A stretch of DNA of 64,000 bases. Source: an uncultured Desulfospira sp. GTDB lineage: Bacteria; Desulfobacterota; Desulfobacteria; Desulfobacterales; Desulfobacteraceae. Of the stretch, positions 34,903-45,313 are shown piece by piece. The stretch lies in assembly GCA_963663165.1 (NCBI GenBank), contig OY760175.1:2112001-2176000 (forward strand). Direction: 5' to 3'. Numbering within the stretch: the stretch's first letter is position 1; every line of letters begins with the position of its first letter. Made by a program: the position numbers and the translations under genes. The notes under the pieces are model-generated. The model was not told the origin of the DNA. It searched no databases and was given only the letters and a program-made list of their open reading frames with translations.

Positions 34903-36012
34903 TCACTGGGCAGATACCTTGGAAGTCTCAATTGACTTTCCACTATAAAGGTCTCCTAACGCCGGGGTTCTGCCCAACATCTTTTTAATTTTGACAATCA
35001 ATTTGGTACACGCTTTCCGGCCAAAAAGCAGCAAGGCGAAAAAATACAAATAATAAAAATAAGTCGTTCCAACGCCAAGTTTTCTTAGAGTGTTAAAATA
35101 TCGGATAAAGGGGATAAAGCCATTGTCCCTTTGGACGGAAAGAAGAGGATAGGAATAATTGGCAAGATCTGTCATTAACGCCTTGTATACCCCTTCATCA
35201 TGGTGATAACGGCTTAAGTATTCGGCTATTTCAACCATACCTTCCACAAAATTTAAGGAAGCGTCCATTGGGAGCTTGCCAGGTTTAAACCGCTTTTTCT
35301 CAACTTCTGCTGTGCCAAAAAAATGGGTCGGTTTTTGATTCTGGTCCTTTCGCATAATGGCAATGCGATCCGATATATAGTAGCCGCCATGGTTGTATGC
35401 GACGATACCGGTCAAGTACAGTTGATACAGCAAGGTTCCGTCAAATCTTTCAGTGCCGGCCTGGGCGGCTAATTTTCTATTGATGGTATAACCGGCGATG
35501 GCAACGGAACGCCTGAAAAGGGTTTTAATACTTTTAATGCCCGGCTCAAACAGCCTGTCCCCGTCAAAATATCGAAACTCCTCAATAACCTTTTTTGTCT
35601 CACGTTCCGCCATGGCCCATGATCTTAAGATAACGCCGATACCTGGATTTTCATGGACAACACAAGCAATTCGGGACAAGGCCCCGGGGCATAGAAGATC
35701 ATCATCTCCCATGTATACACAGTAATCACCTTTGGCATGCTCAATCAGGCCCCTGAAGTTTCCGTCATAGCCAAGGGTTTGGGGATTTCTAATGAATCTG
35801 AATCGTTTATCAGGATAATTTTTCGTAAACCCTGCCACAACCTTTTCAATGTCTTGGGTAAGCGGCGAGGCATCATCACAAACCACAACTTCAAAATTTG
35901 CGTAATCTTGCAGTGCAATAGACTGCAGCAAATCTTTCAAATAGCCAGGACGGTTAAAAGACGGGATACAAACAGATAAAAATACCGGTGACGCCACGTT
36001 TTTAATTGTCAT
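34903..36012 (-). CDS. GT2 family glycosyltransferase
   Basis: SVCIPSFNR, VCDDAS, LGYDGN and MGDDD motifs. TGGAG RBS before ATG 36012. Confidence 0.88.
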   Translation of the reverse strand: MTIKNVASPVFLSVCIPSFNRPGYLKDLLQSIALQDYANFEVVVCDDASPLTQDIEKVVAGFTKNYPDKRFRFIRNPQTLGYDGNFRGLIEHAKGDYCVYMGDDDLLCPGALSRIACVVHENPGIGVILRSWAMAERETKKVIEEFRYFDGDRLFEPGIKSIKTLFRRSVAIAGYTINRKLAAQAGTERFDGTLLYQLYLTGIVAYNHGGYYISDRIAIMRKDQNQKPTHFFGTAEVEKKRFKPGKLPMDASLNFVEGMVEIAEYLSRYHHDEGVYKALMTDLANYSYPLLSVQRDNGFIPFIRYFNTLRKLGVGTTYFYYLYFFALLLFGRKACTKLIVKIKKMLGRTPALGDLYSGKSIETSKVSAQ

Positions 36013-36061
36013 AAAATTACTCCATACGCTTTGATGCAACCTAAATCATCTTAAAGTATTC

Positions 36062-36940
36062 CTAAAACTGCATGACAGGGATATGGTCTCTGACAGGATA
36101 AGTTTTAGAACAACTGCTACAGGTGATTGTTTTATCTTTTAAAATAAGATCCTGCGAGCGGCATGCGGGACAGATCAGCAGATCCATCAAATCGATATTA
36201 TCATTTCTTTGTTTTTGGGAAAAAAAGGCCCTTGCCCATTTGAGAACCATTGCTTTCCATAGGCCAAGAAATGACCTTGAAACACATCTGTCCCCTATTT
36301 CCACCGGGGGCTCCCAATCGGCCTTGGCCTCAGAATTTAATACTTGAAACTTTATGGTGTTTTGCCAGAAATAGCGGACATGAAATTCAAAGGGGTGCTT
36401 TCTCATGGTTTCTTGGGTTAATATTTTTTTTACCTTTGCTTCATATAATTCAACGACCTCGGGGTCTGGTTTCCATTTTATCTTTTTTCTGATCACAAGC
36501 TTGCCGTCTGAGGTTGTTACCTCCAGTCTGTGGTCCCGATATGGATTAATTCTCTCCATAAACGCATCCGGGGTCTCTATATACCCTGCTTTGGCCACCC
36601 GCTGCAACTCATTGAGAAATTTTGCAGGATCAGAAGAATGCTCAAGCACATGTGAGGCGATTACAAAATCAAACGCATTGTCTTTAAAAGGCAGGTTCTC
36701 CACAAACCCGAGAACCGTCGGGCGGTCGCTAATCAGTTTGACCCAGTGCCGCTCCCTGGTGTTTTCATAAGCATCAAGCAATACATTAGCCCGATAATAT
36801 GGATTTCCCCCTGACCCGACTTCCAAAACAAGGTCCGTTGGTCCCACCGGACAGTACAGTCGTCTCAAGGACCAGGCAATAGCCGTTAAGCCAAGGTAAC
36901 GGAAAAAACGCATTGGAGACGAAAAAGGCTGAATAGACAT
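36062..36940 (-). CDS. SAM-dependent methyltransferase with C-terminal Trm112-like domain
   Basis: VLEVGSG, LPFKDNAFD and SHVLEH. Ends LLICPAC...ITCSSCSKTYPVRDHIPVM. Confidence 0.82.
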   Translation of the reverse strand: MSIQPFSSPMRFFRYLGLTAIAWSLRRLYCPVGPTDLVLEVGSGGNPYYRANVLLDAYENTRERHWVKLISDRPTVLGFVENLPFKDNAFDFVIASHVLEHSSDPAKFLNELQRVAKAGYIETPDAFMERINPYRDHRLEVTTSDGKLVIRKKIKWKPDPEVVELYEAKVKKILTQETMRKHPFEFHVRYFWQNTIKFQVLNSEAKADWEPPVEIGDRCVSRSFLGLWKAMVLKWARAFFSQKQRNDNIDLMDLLICPACRSQDLILKDKTITCSSCSKTYPVRDHIPVMQF

Positions 36941-36942
36941 AT

Positions 36943-37638
36943 TTATTTTCGAGCCTCGATAAAAAGGGAATCTTCGGGCCGATTATCAAGGGCTGCCAGA
37001 TCCGGCATCTCTCCAGATTGGAAGCCCTGCTTTTGGATATTTTGAAAACCAATATCAACCAGAATGATGCTGAGTAATTCAAAATCATACATATATTTAT
37101 GCCTGGCATAATGGCTGCGGTTGTCCTCAACAAAAAAATATTTCTCCAGCATTCTTTTCTTCTGGCCGGATGAATATAAGGATACGGCAAATTCAAGATC
37201 CGGGACAGATATCCTAATCAGGCCACCTTTTTTAAGCACCCGATAACACTCCTTGAGCAGCCTAAGAGCATCTTCACGATACAAATGCTCCAAAAAATGA
37301 GATGAAAAAACATAATCTGCTATGTCATTCTTTAAAGGGATACCCCGTGAAAGGTCATGGTGTATGAAATAATGATCTCCCAAAAGCCGGCAATACTCCA
37401 ACTTTGAGAAATGCCTTTTAGCCCCTGTCAATTTATACATGACCGGATGGAGTGTTTTGGGAAGAGAGGCAACAAGCGCATTGAGGCTTCCGTCAATATT
37501 GAACCAGCCTTTACAAACCGTCAGGCCACACCCCAGATTAATGCAGACAGGCGAATCGCCCTCAGGGATGCTGACTTTCTGCCCCGCTTTTAACCGCCCA
37601 AGTCCCCAATTACAGAATTCAATAATCAGCCTTAACAC
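36943..37638 (-). CDS. Class I SAM-dependent methyltransferase
   Basis: INLGCG, SSHFLEHL and RVLKKGGLIRISVPD motifs. Confidence 0.85.
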   Translation of the reverse strand: MLRLIIEFCNWGLGRLKAGQKVSIPEGDSPVCINLGCGLTVCKGWFNIDGSLNALVASLPKTLHPVMYKLTGAKRHFSKLEYCRLLGDHYFIHHDLSRGIPLKNDIADYVFSSHFLEHLYREDALRLLKECYRVLKKGGLIRISVPDLEFAVSLYSSGQKKRMLEKYFFVEDNRSHYARHKYMYDFELLSIILVDIGFQNIQKQGFQSGEMPDLAALDNRPEDSLFIEARK

Positions 37639-38719
37639 CTACACCCCCTCTTTCTTTTGAGGTTTCAATCCAATCTATAACCATTTTCATTCGGGATGTT
37701 ACATCATGCCCGTCATTTCGAACCCGCTTCATTCCAGCCGCTGCGATCTTCTCACACCTTTGGGGATCCGCTAATACCCTCCCCACCTGATCAACCATTT
37801 CATCCGGGTTCTTGAAAAACAAGGCCTCCCGACCGGCTTCAAACAGACCGGCCAGGTCATCTGAGTATTCCGAACAAAGGACCGTACCGCTTGCCGGAAT
37901 TTCAAAACAGCGTCTTGTATATGTGTCTCTGTTTAATTTTGAGAAAAAACACAGTGCGATTTTTGCACCGCAGATCGCCTGGTTATACTCTGTCCCCCAA
38001 ACCAGGCGCACCGGTGCCAGAGATTTGAGTTGAGATGACATTTCAACCACCTTATCCCATTCATACCCAGGTCCGAACAATCTCAACTTCCATCCCTGAT
38101 CAACAATACGTTCAAGATATTCCAAACGCCCGTCATCCTCATAGTGCCCCACAAAGACCACATCGCACTCATAATCAGCATTCCTTTTATCAGTCAGGGG
38201 CAAAGGATAATTCACTTCAGGAATAAACCAGGATCTGAGTAACTGTATGTCCTTAGCACCAGCGTTTTGGAAATCTGCTAAATTATGATGCCGATACGCC
38301 AGCAGCAGATCATATTCAGGTATGCTGTCTATAAAATGCCGCCATTGCCATTTGGGATATAACGGAGAAAACGGATCATCATTATTATATCCCACCATAT
38401 AGGTATCAGGAGACGCCTGCCGGATCTTCTCAAGTGTGTTTCTATATATTAAAATTCCACGGTACACAAACAATACATCCGGCTTCTCAGCCATGGCCTT
38501 TGAGCACAAATCCCTATTTATGCGATCAACAACAGGCCCCCAGACATATTTATGCTGCCCTCTTAAAAATGGGGATAAACACCGCCTGATACCCTTTCCT
38601 GCGTCAAAATATGAGTGCCACCCAAAAGGAACGGGGTCATGCCCTATATTCTCAAATGCCCGGAAAACAGGTTCCTCGTGTAATTTTGAATGCCAGTTTC
38701 CAGCGATCAGTATTTTCAT
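37619..38719 (-). CDS. CgeB-like GT-B glycosyltransferase
   Basis: NNDDP, DVVFVGHYE and TRRCFEIPASG motifs. Confidence 0.8.
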   Translation of the reverse strand: MKILIAGNWHSKLHEEPVFRAFENIGHDPVPFGWHSYFDAGKGIRRCLSPFLRGQHKYVWGPVVDRINRDLCSKAMAEKPDVLFVYRGILIYRNTLEKIRQASPDTYMVGYNNDDPFSPLYPKWQWRHFIDSIPEYDLLLAYRHHNLADFQNAGAKDIQLLRSWFIPEVNYPLPLTDKRNADYECDVVFVGHYEDDGRLEYLERIVDQGWKLRLFGPGYEWDKVVEMSSQLKSLAPVRLVWGTEYNQAICGAKIALCFFSKLNRDTYTRRCFEIPASGTVLCSEYSDDLAGLFEAGREALFFKNPDEMVDQVGRVLADPQRCEKIAAAGMKRVRNDGHDVTSRMKMVIDWIETSKERGGVGVKADY

Positions 38720-38847
38720 TTCAAACCGAATACGAATAGTAACGCCCCTTACACCAGGTCATCAAGAACTTGACCGAAATTTGGGCTAAAGCCAAGGAAA
38801 ATATTTATGATTATATTGGCTGTATTACTAAAAATAAGTTATTATAT

Positions 38848-39879
38848 CTATCTGTTGACCCTCAAGGCACAACCGATTGGTTTCGGCCTTCTACAGTAGG
38901 CTTCCAAGTTGTGAATTTTTGTTTTATCGCTTTGCAGGGATGTAACCAAATCCACAATTTCTTCGATTCGTTTATGGTGCTGGTACTTATGTGAACCAAA
39001 TCCATCAAATGTATTCAATACAGCAGCCTTATACTTACGCTTTAACAAAGCAATTGTTTTTTCCCCTGGTATATCCGGTATGTCTCCCCGAATGCATATA
39101 CCGGCTTTCTCTAATACGATCCCTAACACCGGAACCATTCTAATCACCCCCATAAGTCTGGCATAGGCGAGTATTAGGCTGAAAGGCAGGCGGCTGATAA
39201 CTGCCCTTAAAGGGAGTTGGATGAGGTGAAACCGAATCCAACGCAGTGCCCCCTTGTCATTTAAATCGTAACAATTAAAAACAAACTCGCCTCCCTCAGC
39301 GACGATTTCAAAAAGAGCTTTTGCCGTTTTCTCAACAGAAGGGGTATGCTGAATAACATTATGACAGATAACAATACCTGGTATGGATCGGGGTTTTAAA
39401 GGGGGCATATCAATAGAACATTGAATAACATCATAGTTTGTAAAACCGCTGGGGTTCAAATTTTCCAAAACAACGTCATCTACTGAGTGGGATAAATCCA
39501 TCATTATTACATGGTCTGCACCACTTTCAAGCATCCATAATGTCTGAGCCCCGCTGCCGCCTCCGGCATCAACAATCATTTTTCCCCTGAACGCTTCTGT
39601 CGAGCCAAATGTATTGGCTACAGTATGCTTCAACCAATTTATTTTGAAATCTGTAAAATTAAAATGATTCCACTCATCACCAAAAGACGTAACGGTTTCC
39701 TTCAATTTCTGGTCCGTAATAAATCTTGGAATCCCATTTTTAATGGGATATGATGCACCGATTTCTGTTTTCAGGACCCCTGAAATAATGTTCCCCTTGC
39801 TGTCATACTCGGGGTTTTCAAGTTTCAATTCTTCCCCTGATGCCGGATCAGACAGATAGTCTAACAATTTTGGTGTCAT
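38848..39879 (-). CDS. SAM-dependent methyltransferase with N-terminal Trm112-like domain
   Basis: LLDYLSDP...SYPIKNGIPRF, then SFGDEW, VDAGGGSG and VIQHTP. Confidence 0.8.
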   Translation of the reverse strand: MTPKLLDYLSDPASGEELKLENPEYDSKGNIISGVLKTEIGASYPIKNGIPRFITDQKLKETVTSFGDEWNHFNFTDFKINWLKHTVANTFGSTEAFRGKMIVDAGGGSGAQTLWMLESGADHVIMMDLSHSVDDVVLENLNPSGFTNYDVIQCSIDMPPLKPRSIPGIVICHNVIQHTPSVEKTAKALFEIVAEGGEFVFNCYDLNDKGALRWIRFHLIQLPLRAVISRLPFSLILAYARLMGVIRMVPVLGIVLEKAGICIRGDIPDIPGEKTIALLKRKYKAAVLNTFDGFGSHKYQHHKRIEEIVDLVTSLQSDKTKIHNLEAYCRRPKPIGCALRVNR

Positions 39880-39951
39880 TTTTTCCCTTTGTTATTTTTG
39901 TTATCAAAAACAATCTTCTGAAATATTTTTCCTTTATTAAAACGTTTACCT

Positions 39952-40794
39952 TTAAAGGGGGTTCTTCATATACAAGCAATCTTTCCTAAAATCATAGTTC
40001 AGATTATTTTGTCTTACATTCCGATAAATTAAAGAAATATCTTTTGATGCGATGTATCCAAACAGTAAGAATTCCCTTTTATACGTTTCGCACACCTGAT
40101 TCATCAGCCCTTTCGTATAATAGTCTTCTATAGCCTTTACAGGAGCTGATCGTTTTTTGGGCCCCTTCCTAAACTCGTAACCCAAAAAATTAGCCAACTC
40201 ACACAAATCCTCATCCAGTGATTCGTTTTTATTTACCCAGTTTACTATAAGCCGCCCACTCTGATCAAATAACTGAGGAAAAAGAAACTTTCTTGATGGC
40301 CACTTGTCATCTCTATTCATAATCGATTGCAGCATGTATTCAAATCCTTTTTTAGCGATGTGATAATCATAGTGATCGGTATTGTACCATCGTCCGTGGC
40401 CGATAACATGATGATAATAGGACCTGAAAAAAGTAATGGGATTACGAACTGTCGTAAATAAAAAGTGAGACTTGGAAGGCCTGAAGCGGGTACCCGTCAA
40501 TCCGACAGGAATCTGTTCATCTGAAAGATTTTCTCTTAAAAGGCTATGACTTAGGGGGATGAATGCCTGCTTAGGGAAAAGGCTGCTTATGTAGGTCCCC
40601 CCTGTTTTGGGAATGTGTATAAAAACGGGAATTTTTTTGTTACAGCGCTTTGAATAAATAGTTGCTTTCAGCAGTTTAAATTTTCTTGTCGGGTGGACAT
40701 CATACTTATCCATAAGGAATCTTAAGTGCCCGCCCTTTCTTTTTCCATCAGACTGGAAGGCATGATATCTCGCCCACTTGTCATGCTCGGCCAT
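39952..40794 (-). CDS. Sulfotransferase (family 2-like)
   Basis: FIHIPKTGGT 5'-PSB loop and VRNP...SYY 3'-PB motif. Confidence 0.82.
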   Translation of the reverse strand: MAEHDKWARYHAFQSDGKRKGGHLRFLMDKYDVHPTRKFKLLKATIYSKRCNKKIPVFIHIPKTGGTYISSLFPKQAFIPLSHSLLRENLSDEQIPVGLTGTRFRPSKSHFLFTTVRNPITFFRSYYHHVIGHGRWYNTDHYDYHIAKKGFEYMLQSIMNRDDKWPSRKFLFPQLFDQSGRLIVNWVNKNESLDEDLCELANFLGYEFRKGPKKRSAPVKAIEDYYTKGLMNQVCETYKREFLLFGYIASKDISLIYRNVRQNNLNYDFRKDCLYMKNPL

Positions 40795-41710
40795 GAGTCC
40801 TCCCCAACGGCCGCTTGTATATTCTTACTAAAATTTCTTCGAACAAATAAAGGAACTCCTTGACCCTAAAATTTTTCGTTTGAAGATTGTAAATTGCACT
40901 GAGCATCTTCTTTTTATTGTATCCACCGGCTTCTAAATACTCAGTTGAATACTCATTAATATATTTTATGAGCCGCTTTTTACGGTACCAGGTGTCGATT
41001 TTTTCTTTCCATTTCTCTGGCATCTGCTTCACTGTTTTGTAACGGGCTGCCCCAAGATGGTCTCCATGGCCTTTCAGGGAGATATTGAATGATTCTTTAA
41101 TGATGTGTTCGTTATAGCCGACACCGATAAAGTTACAAAGATCCTCTATTGTCTGCTCAGGACTATCAATCAATTGTTCATAACTCACTAACTTTATAGA
41201 GTCTATATGATTTTTTACAAATTTGCCAATAAGTTTAGGGCCGACACAAAAATCACTGTCTAAGTGATCTATCCGCCGCATGGAATTGTTTCGGAACGCT
41301 TCCAATGAAGACGAAAATATGGATACAGGATTCCTCAATAAAACAACAAACTTGCCATCCGGAAAAAGGTCAAGTAACTCATCCAGTATCCAATAATACC
41401 TGGGTGTTTTATCTAAAAAAAATTTCTCTCCATTTTTACAGTAAGAAGAGTAAATCGAATAAACGAACTCCCGAACGGAGTTGTCAATACTTTCTTTTCC
41501 ACACTCTGAAATAATACGGGAAAAAGCGTTGACAGACTGAACGTGCCCGTAAGGAGAAGTTACCCCCTTTTTCTTTCTCATATAACAAAGGGGGAGTAGA
41601 AACCATGGTTCTGCAGTAGAGGCAATGTCGATATGACTCATCAACATCTTTTGTAATAATGTGGACCCTGAACGGGGTAAAGATACTAAAAAAATAGGAA
41701 TGGGATTCAT
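40781..41710 (-). CDS. Sulfotransferase (family 3-like)
   Basis: SLPRSGSTLL, DKTPRY, RNPVSIFSS and YEQL motifs. Confidence 0.88.
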   Translation of the reverse strand: MNPIPIFLVSLPRSGSTLLQKMLMSHIDIASTAEPWFLLPLCYMRKKKGVTSPYGHVQSVNAFSRIISECGKESIDNSVREFVYSIYSSYCKNGEKFFLDKTPRYYWILDELLDLFPDGKFVVLLRNPVSIFSSSLEAFRNNSMRRIDHLDSDFCVGPKLIGKFVKNHIDSIKLVSYEQLIDSPEQTIEDLCNFIGVGYNEHIIKESFNISLKGHGDHLGAARYKTVKQMPEKWKEKIDTWYRKKRLIKYINEYSTEYLEAGGYNKKKMLSAIYNLQTKNFRVKEFLYLFEEILVRIYKRPLGRTHGRA

Positions 41711-41736
41711 TATGATATACGGTTCACTTGGGGTTT

Positions 41737-43599
41737 TTATATCATATTTTTAATATACAAACCCATCATGATTAATGAAAATAACCGACTTCCGTTTGCA
41801 TACCCTTTTTTCTGATTATCACGCAACCGGGACAGCTCCTTCTCATTGATCCATTGCCCGAGAAGAGTCGCCGTATCATCAAGCCAGCCATTATCCCCCT
41901 TCTGCAACCAATCATTAAGAGGGATTGAAAATCCTTGCTTACGGTTGATATTCAAATTAGGAGGCAAAAGCTTTTTTCCAAGCTTTTTTTGCAACAAACG
42001 ACCTTCCGTCCCGAGCACCTTCAAATTCCCGGGCAATCGTCCGAAGGCAAATTCTACAAGTTCTTTATCGAGAAATGGCGCCCTCATTTCAAGGCCGACT
42101 GCCATACTGGCACGATCCACTTTAACCAAAAAATCGTCAGGCAAAATACTCCTAAAGTGAGTTCTGGTCATGCAATCCACAGGATCGATTCCAGATAAAA
42201 ACATATTATGCAGTAACATTTCAGGGGTTTCGATCTCGTTACGGATACAATCTAAAATATCTGGTGACAGAATCCGTTTTCGAGCTTTGATATCAAAATA
42301 AGGGGTTCCCCATACAAGAGCCTGAAAGGGGCCCCCTCTTAATGATGAAATTTTATTTCGTCCGGGCATTCCGGTTGGCAGCATGCCGGCTAGAAATGCT
42401 CCCCCTTTAAATACCAGATCCGGCAGCCATCCAATTCTGGCGGCATTTTTAAATGCCGTAGTATAGTCACTATATCCTCCGAAAAGTTCATCTCCCCCGT
42501 CACCCCCCAGAGCTACTTTTACATGTCCGGCTGTCAATTTTGAAACCAAATAAGTCGGGATGATAGAGGAATCGGCAATAGGTTCATCGACAAATTCCGA
42601 AAGCTCATCCAAAGTGTTGAGTGAAGGTTCTGGTAACTCAAGCAGATAGTGATCTGTTGAAAAATGCTCTGCAACAACAGCAGCATAATTTGTTTCATCC
42701 AATTTAGAACCGGGAAACCCTATTGTAAAAGTCTTCAAACTAGCCTTGCTCGCATTTGCTGCACAGGCAACTACAAGACTGGAATCCAACCCTCCAGACA
42801 ACAAGACACCTATTGGAACATCGCTTCTTAAACGAATCCGAACGGCATTGTGTAATAAGCGGGTCGTCTCTTCCAGAGCCTCATTTTCATCCATTTTTAG
42901 AGATGGGGCAGAAACAGGCAATTCCCACCATTTCCAAACCAAAAGATTATTGTCTTTTAAAGAAAACCTGGCGGCATGGCCTGGAGGGAGTTTGCACACT
43001 CCCTGACTAATACACATTGCACCGGGTATGTATCCCAAGGCGAGATAATAGTTAACTGCTTTAAAATTCGTATTTCCCCTCATCTCTTTTGGGATACCTT
43101 TTAACTCGGAGGAAAAAAAGAGGGTCCTGCCTTGATGTGAATAATACAAAGGCTTTTTGCCCGCACGATCCCGAGCTATAAAAAGGGTGGCTGAGGTATC
43201 TGAAGTCCCATGGTCCCAAATTGCTATAGCAAACATACCATTGAAACGTTCCAAGCATTTTTCTTTCCATTGTAAATACGCGGCTAAGACGACTTCGGTG
43301 TCTCCGCTACCCAAGAAATGATGCCCTAGTTCCTTTAGTTCTGTCTTCAACTCCTTATAGTTATAAATTTCACCGTTAAAGACGATCGTGAAACGCCCGC
43401 AAAGGCTTGTCATGGGCTGACGCCCCGTATCAGATAAATCAATTATGGAAAGCCTGCGGTGCCCCAACAGGACAGTCCGCTCCTGGTTATGCCAAAGCCC
43501 GGCGGCATCAGGCCCTCTGTGCTTCATCCTGTCACGACAACTAATAAACATTTCAACGTTAATGGGAGAGTTGCTCAAACATCCAACAATACCACACAT
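41737..43599 (-). CDS. asnB: Asparagine synthase-like glutamine amidotransferase (polysaccharide amidation)
   Basis: MCGI, HRGPD, HRRLSIID, LSGGLDSS, GDGGDELFGGY and KVDRASM motifs. Confidence 0.93.
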   Translation of the reverse strand: MCGIVGCLSNSPINVEMFISCRDRMKHRGPDAAGLWHNQERTVLLGHRRLSIIDLSDTGRQPMTSLCGRFTIVFNGEIYNYKELKTELKELGHHFLGSGDTEVVLAAYLQWKEKCLERFNGMFAIAIWDHGTSDTSATLFIARDRAGKKPLYYSHQGRTLFFSSELKGIPKEMRGNTNFKAVNYYLALGYIPGAMCISQGVCKLPPGHAARFSLKDNNLLVWKWWELPVSAPSLKMDENEALEETTRLLHNAVRIRLRSDVPIGVLLSGGLDSSLVVACAANASKASLKTFTIGFPGSKLDETNYAAVVAEHFSTDHYLLELPEPSLNTLDELSEFVDEPIADSSIIPTYLVSKLTAGHVKVALGGDGGDELFGGYSDYTTAFKNAARIGWLPDLVFKGGAFLAGMLPTGMPGRNKISSLRGGPFQALVWGTPYFDIKARKRILSPDILDCIRNEIETPEMLLHNMFLSGIDPVDCMTRTHFRSILPDDFLVKVDRASMAVGLEMRAPFLDKELVEFAFGRLPGNLKVLGTEGRLLQKKLGKKLLPPNLNINRKQGFSIPLNDWLQKGDNGWLDDTATLLGQWINEKELSRLRDNQKKGYANGSRLFSLIMMGLYIKNMI

Positions 43600-43630
43600 A
43601 AGTCTTAATCTTCCGTAAAACCATTTTTCT

Positions 43631-44512
43631 TTAGCATTTGATCCACCCGTCAGGAATCAACCCCTTAAATCCCCACCAGGCTATTCCCTCCCGCAATTCG
43701 AATCCTGGGGCAATGACAATTTTATTCTCGTTTGGCGAAAGCCATGCACCCCACCAACTGAATGTACTGTTGGCCGTAATATAATGTTTGCATTGGGTCA
43801 TAAGCCAAAGATCTGCATAGGCATTATCATCTCCTTTGTTATGGCTGACTACTGTAACACGGTCGGCAGGAAGTCCTATTCTTTCCCTTGCAGCATCCGG
43901 ATCATCTGAAAAAAGATAATAATTCGGCAATGTTGTCTTTTCTTCCATCAGCTTAACTGCACGGCGGTAGTACCCCTCATCAGCATTATTTACACCCGCT
44001 TTGCCTGGAGCGTTAAACCAACGGACATGAATGGCAACGCTGTTGTTCCCCTTTATTTCCGCTGCCATTTTTTGATTGATTGTATCTATAGGAGGAATGA
44101 TCTTTAAATCACTGCGAATAACAGTTTCATAATCTTTGAAATATTTTTCACTCTGCCAGTATCCGTCCAGATAAATTCTGTCATTAACTTTTAACTCCAA
44201 CAGCCTTGGGTCAAAATCTACACCTTCTTGAAATAGATACTTCCTTTTTTCAAAAGGCCTGTGAGAATCAAGCTTTCGTCTTATGGCCCGCCGATATCTC
44301 CCCAACGGCTCCATCCGTTCTTTTCTGCTTGCTTTTCTAACGGTTACATTAAAATGATCCAACTGAAAACGACGCTGATATGCCGTGTCATTCGCAAAGC
44401 CGCTGACATGATCAATGACAAGTTCCGTTCCATTAACAGCCGCCAGCCGCCGGGCGGCTGAATAACAGAAAAGCTGATTGCCCAGTCCGCCTTTAATACA
44501 TGCAACAATCAT
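43631..44512 (-). CDS. Alpha-1,2-fucosyltransferase-like GT11
   Basis: GGLGNQLF, GYWQSEKYF, AIHVR, FSDD and NSTFSWWGA motifs. TGATG coupling with the upstream gene. Confidence 0.9.
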   Translation of the reverse strand: MIVACIKGGLGNQLFCYSAARRLAAVNGTELVIDHVSGFANDTAYQRRFQLDHFNVTVRKASRKERMEPLGRYRRAIRRKLDSHRPFEKRKYLFQEGVDFDPRLLELKVNDRIYLDGYWQSEKYFKDYETVIRSDLKIIPPIDTINQKMAAEIKGNNSVAIHVRWFNAPGKAGVNNADEGYYRRAVKLMEEKTTLPNYYLFSDDPDAARERIGLPADRVTVVSHNKGDDNAYADLWLMTQCKHYITANSTFSWWGAWLSPNENKIVIAPGFELREGIAWWGFKGLIPDGWIKC

Positions 44513-45207
44513 CAGAAAGCCGATTTCTTTGCCTTCACATGGTAACCGAAACAAAGCAGCTCGTCGGAATGATTGCCTGCTCTATTTAATAGCCTTAAAA
44601 GAATAAGCATGGGTAAGACTAAGGCTTTCAACAGAAATCCCGGCCCTACCCCCGAATACTTTTTTGCCATCAGGGGAACTCTGCGAATTTCCTGGGTCAT
44701 ATAATCGAACCAGTTACCATTCGCTTCAATCTCAATTTCAGTAAATCCAATATCCGCCATCACTTCTTTGTACCAATAACGGCTAAACCCGCTATACATA
44801 TGATACGGAGCCATGTGTGTCAAGGAACAAAACGGCGCAGTCAGAATCAAACTGCCTCCTGGTTTCAGCAGTCTATGCATCTCTTCAAGCGCTTTTACCG
44901 GATATTTTATATGCTCAAAAACTTCTGTACATAAAACATACTCAAATGAAGCGTCTTCTGCAGGGATCTCCGTGATATCAGATGTGATATCAATTCCAGA
45001 AACATCCCATTGGCTGTTTTGAAGACCCGTCCCATCTCCCTTTCCAAGATAGCCGCAAAAATCCTGTGAAACATAGTCCAGATGCCGGCAAAAAGGTTTG
45101 TTCCTGAGTTCACCGGCACCGACATCCAGTATCCGGCCCTGCTTGACCTTCTCAAGTTCTTTTTTGACCCAGTTAACTCTGGCAGCTTCATTATCAAGTC
45201 CAAACAT
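44512..45207 (-). CDS. Class I SAM-dependent methyltransferase
   Basis: ILDVGAG, CTEVFEH and LKPGG motifs. Confidence 0.88.
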   Translation of the reverse strand: MFGLDNEAARVNWVKKELEKVKQGRILDVGAGELRNKPFCRHLDYVSQDFCGYLGKGDGTGLQNSQWDVSGIDITSDITEIPAEDASFEYVLCTEVFEHIKYPVKALEEMHRLLKPGGSLILTAPFCSLTHMAPYHMYSGFSRYWYKEVMADIGFTEIEIEANGNWFDYMTQEIRRVPLMAKKYSGVGPGFLLKALVLPMLILLRLLNRAGNHSDELLCFGYHVKAKKSAF

Positions 45208-45313
45208 TCACACACCCCCTGAAGCGGAGTTCTTTAAAGGCAAACCTTTCGATATCATAACATATTTTTCCATTCTGAGGTCTAAACCTAAAATTTTATA
45301 TGGTTAAGCCTGT

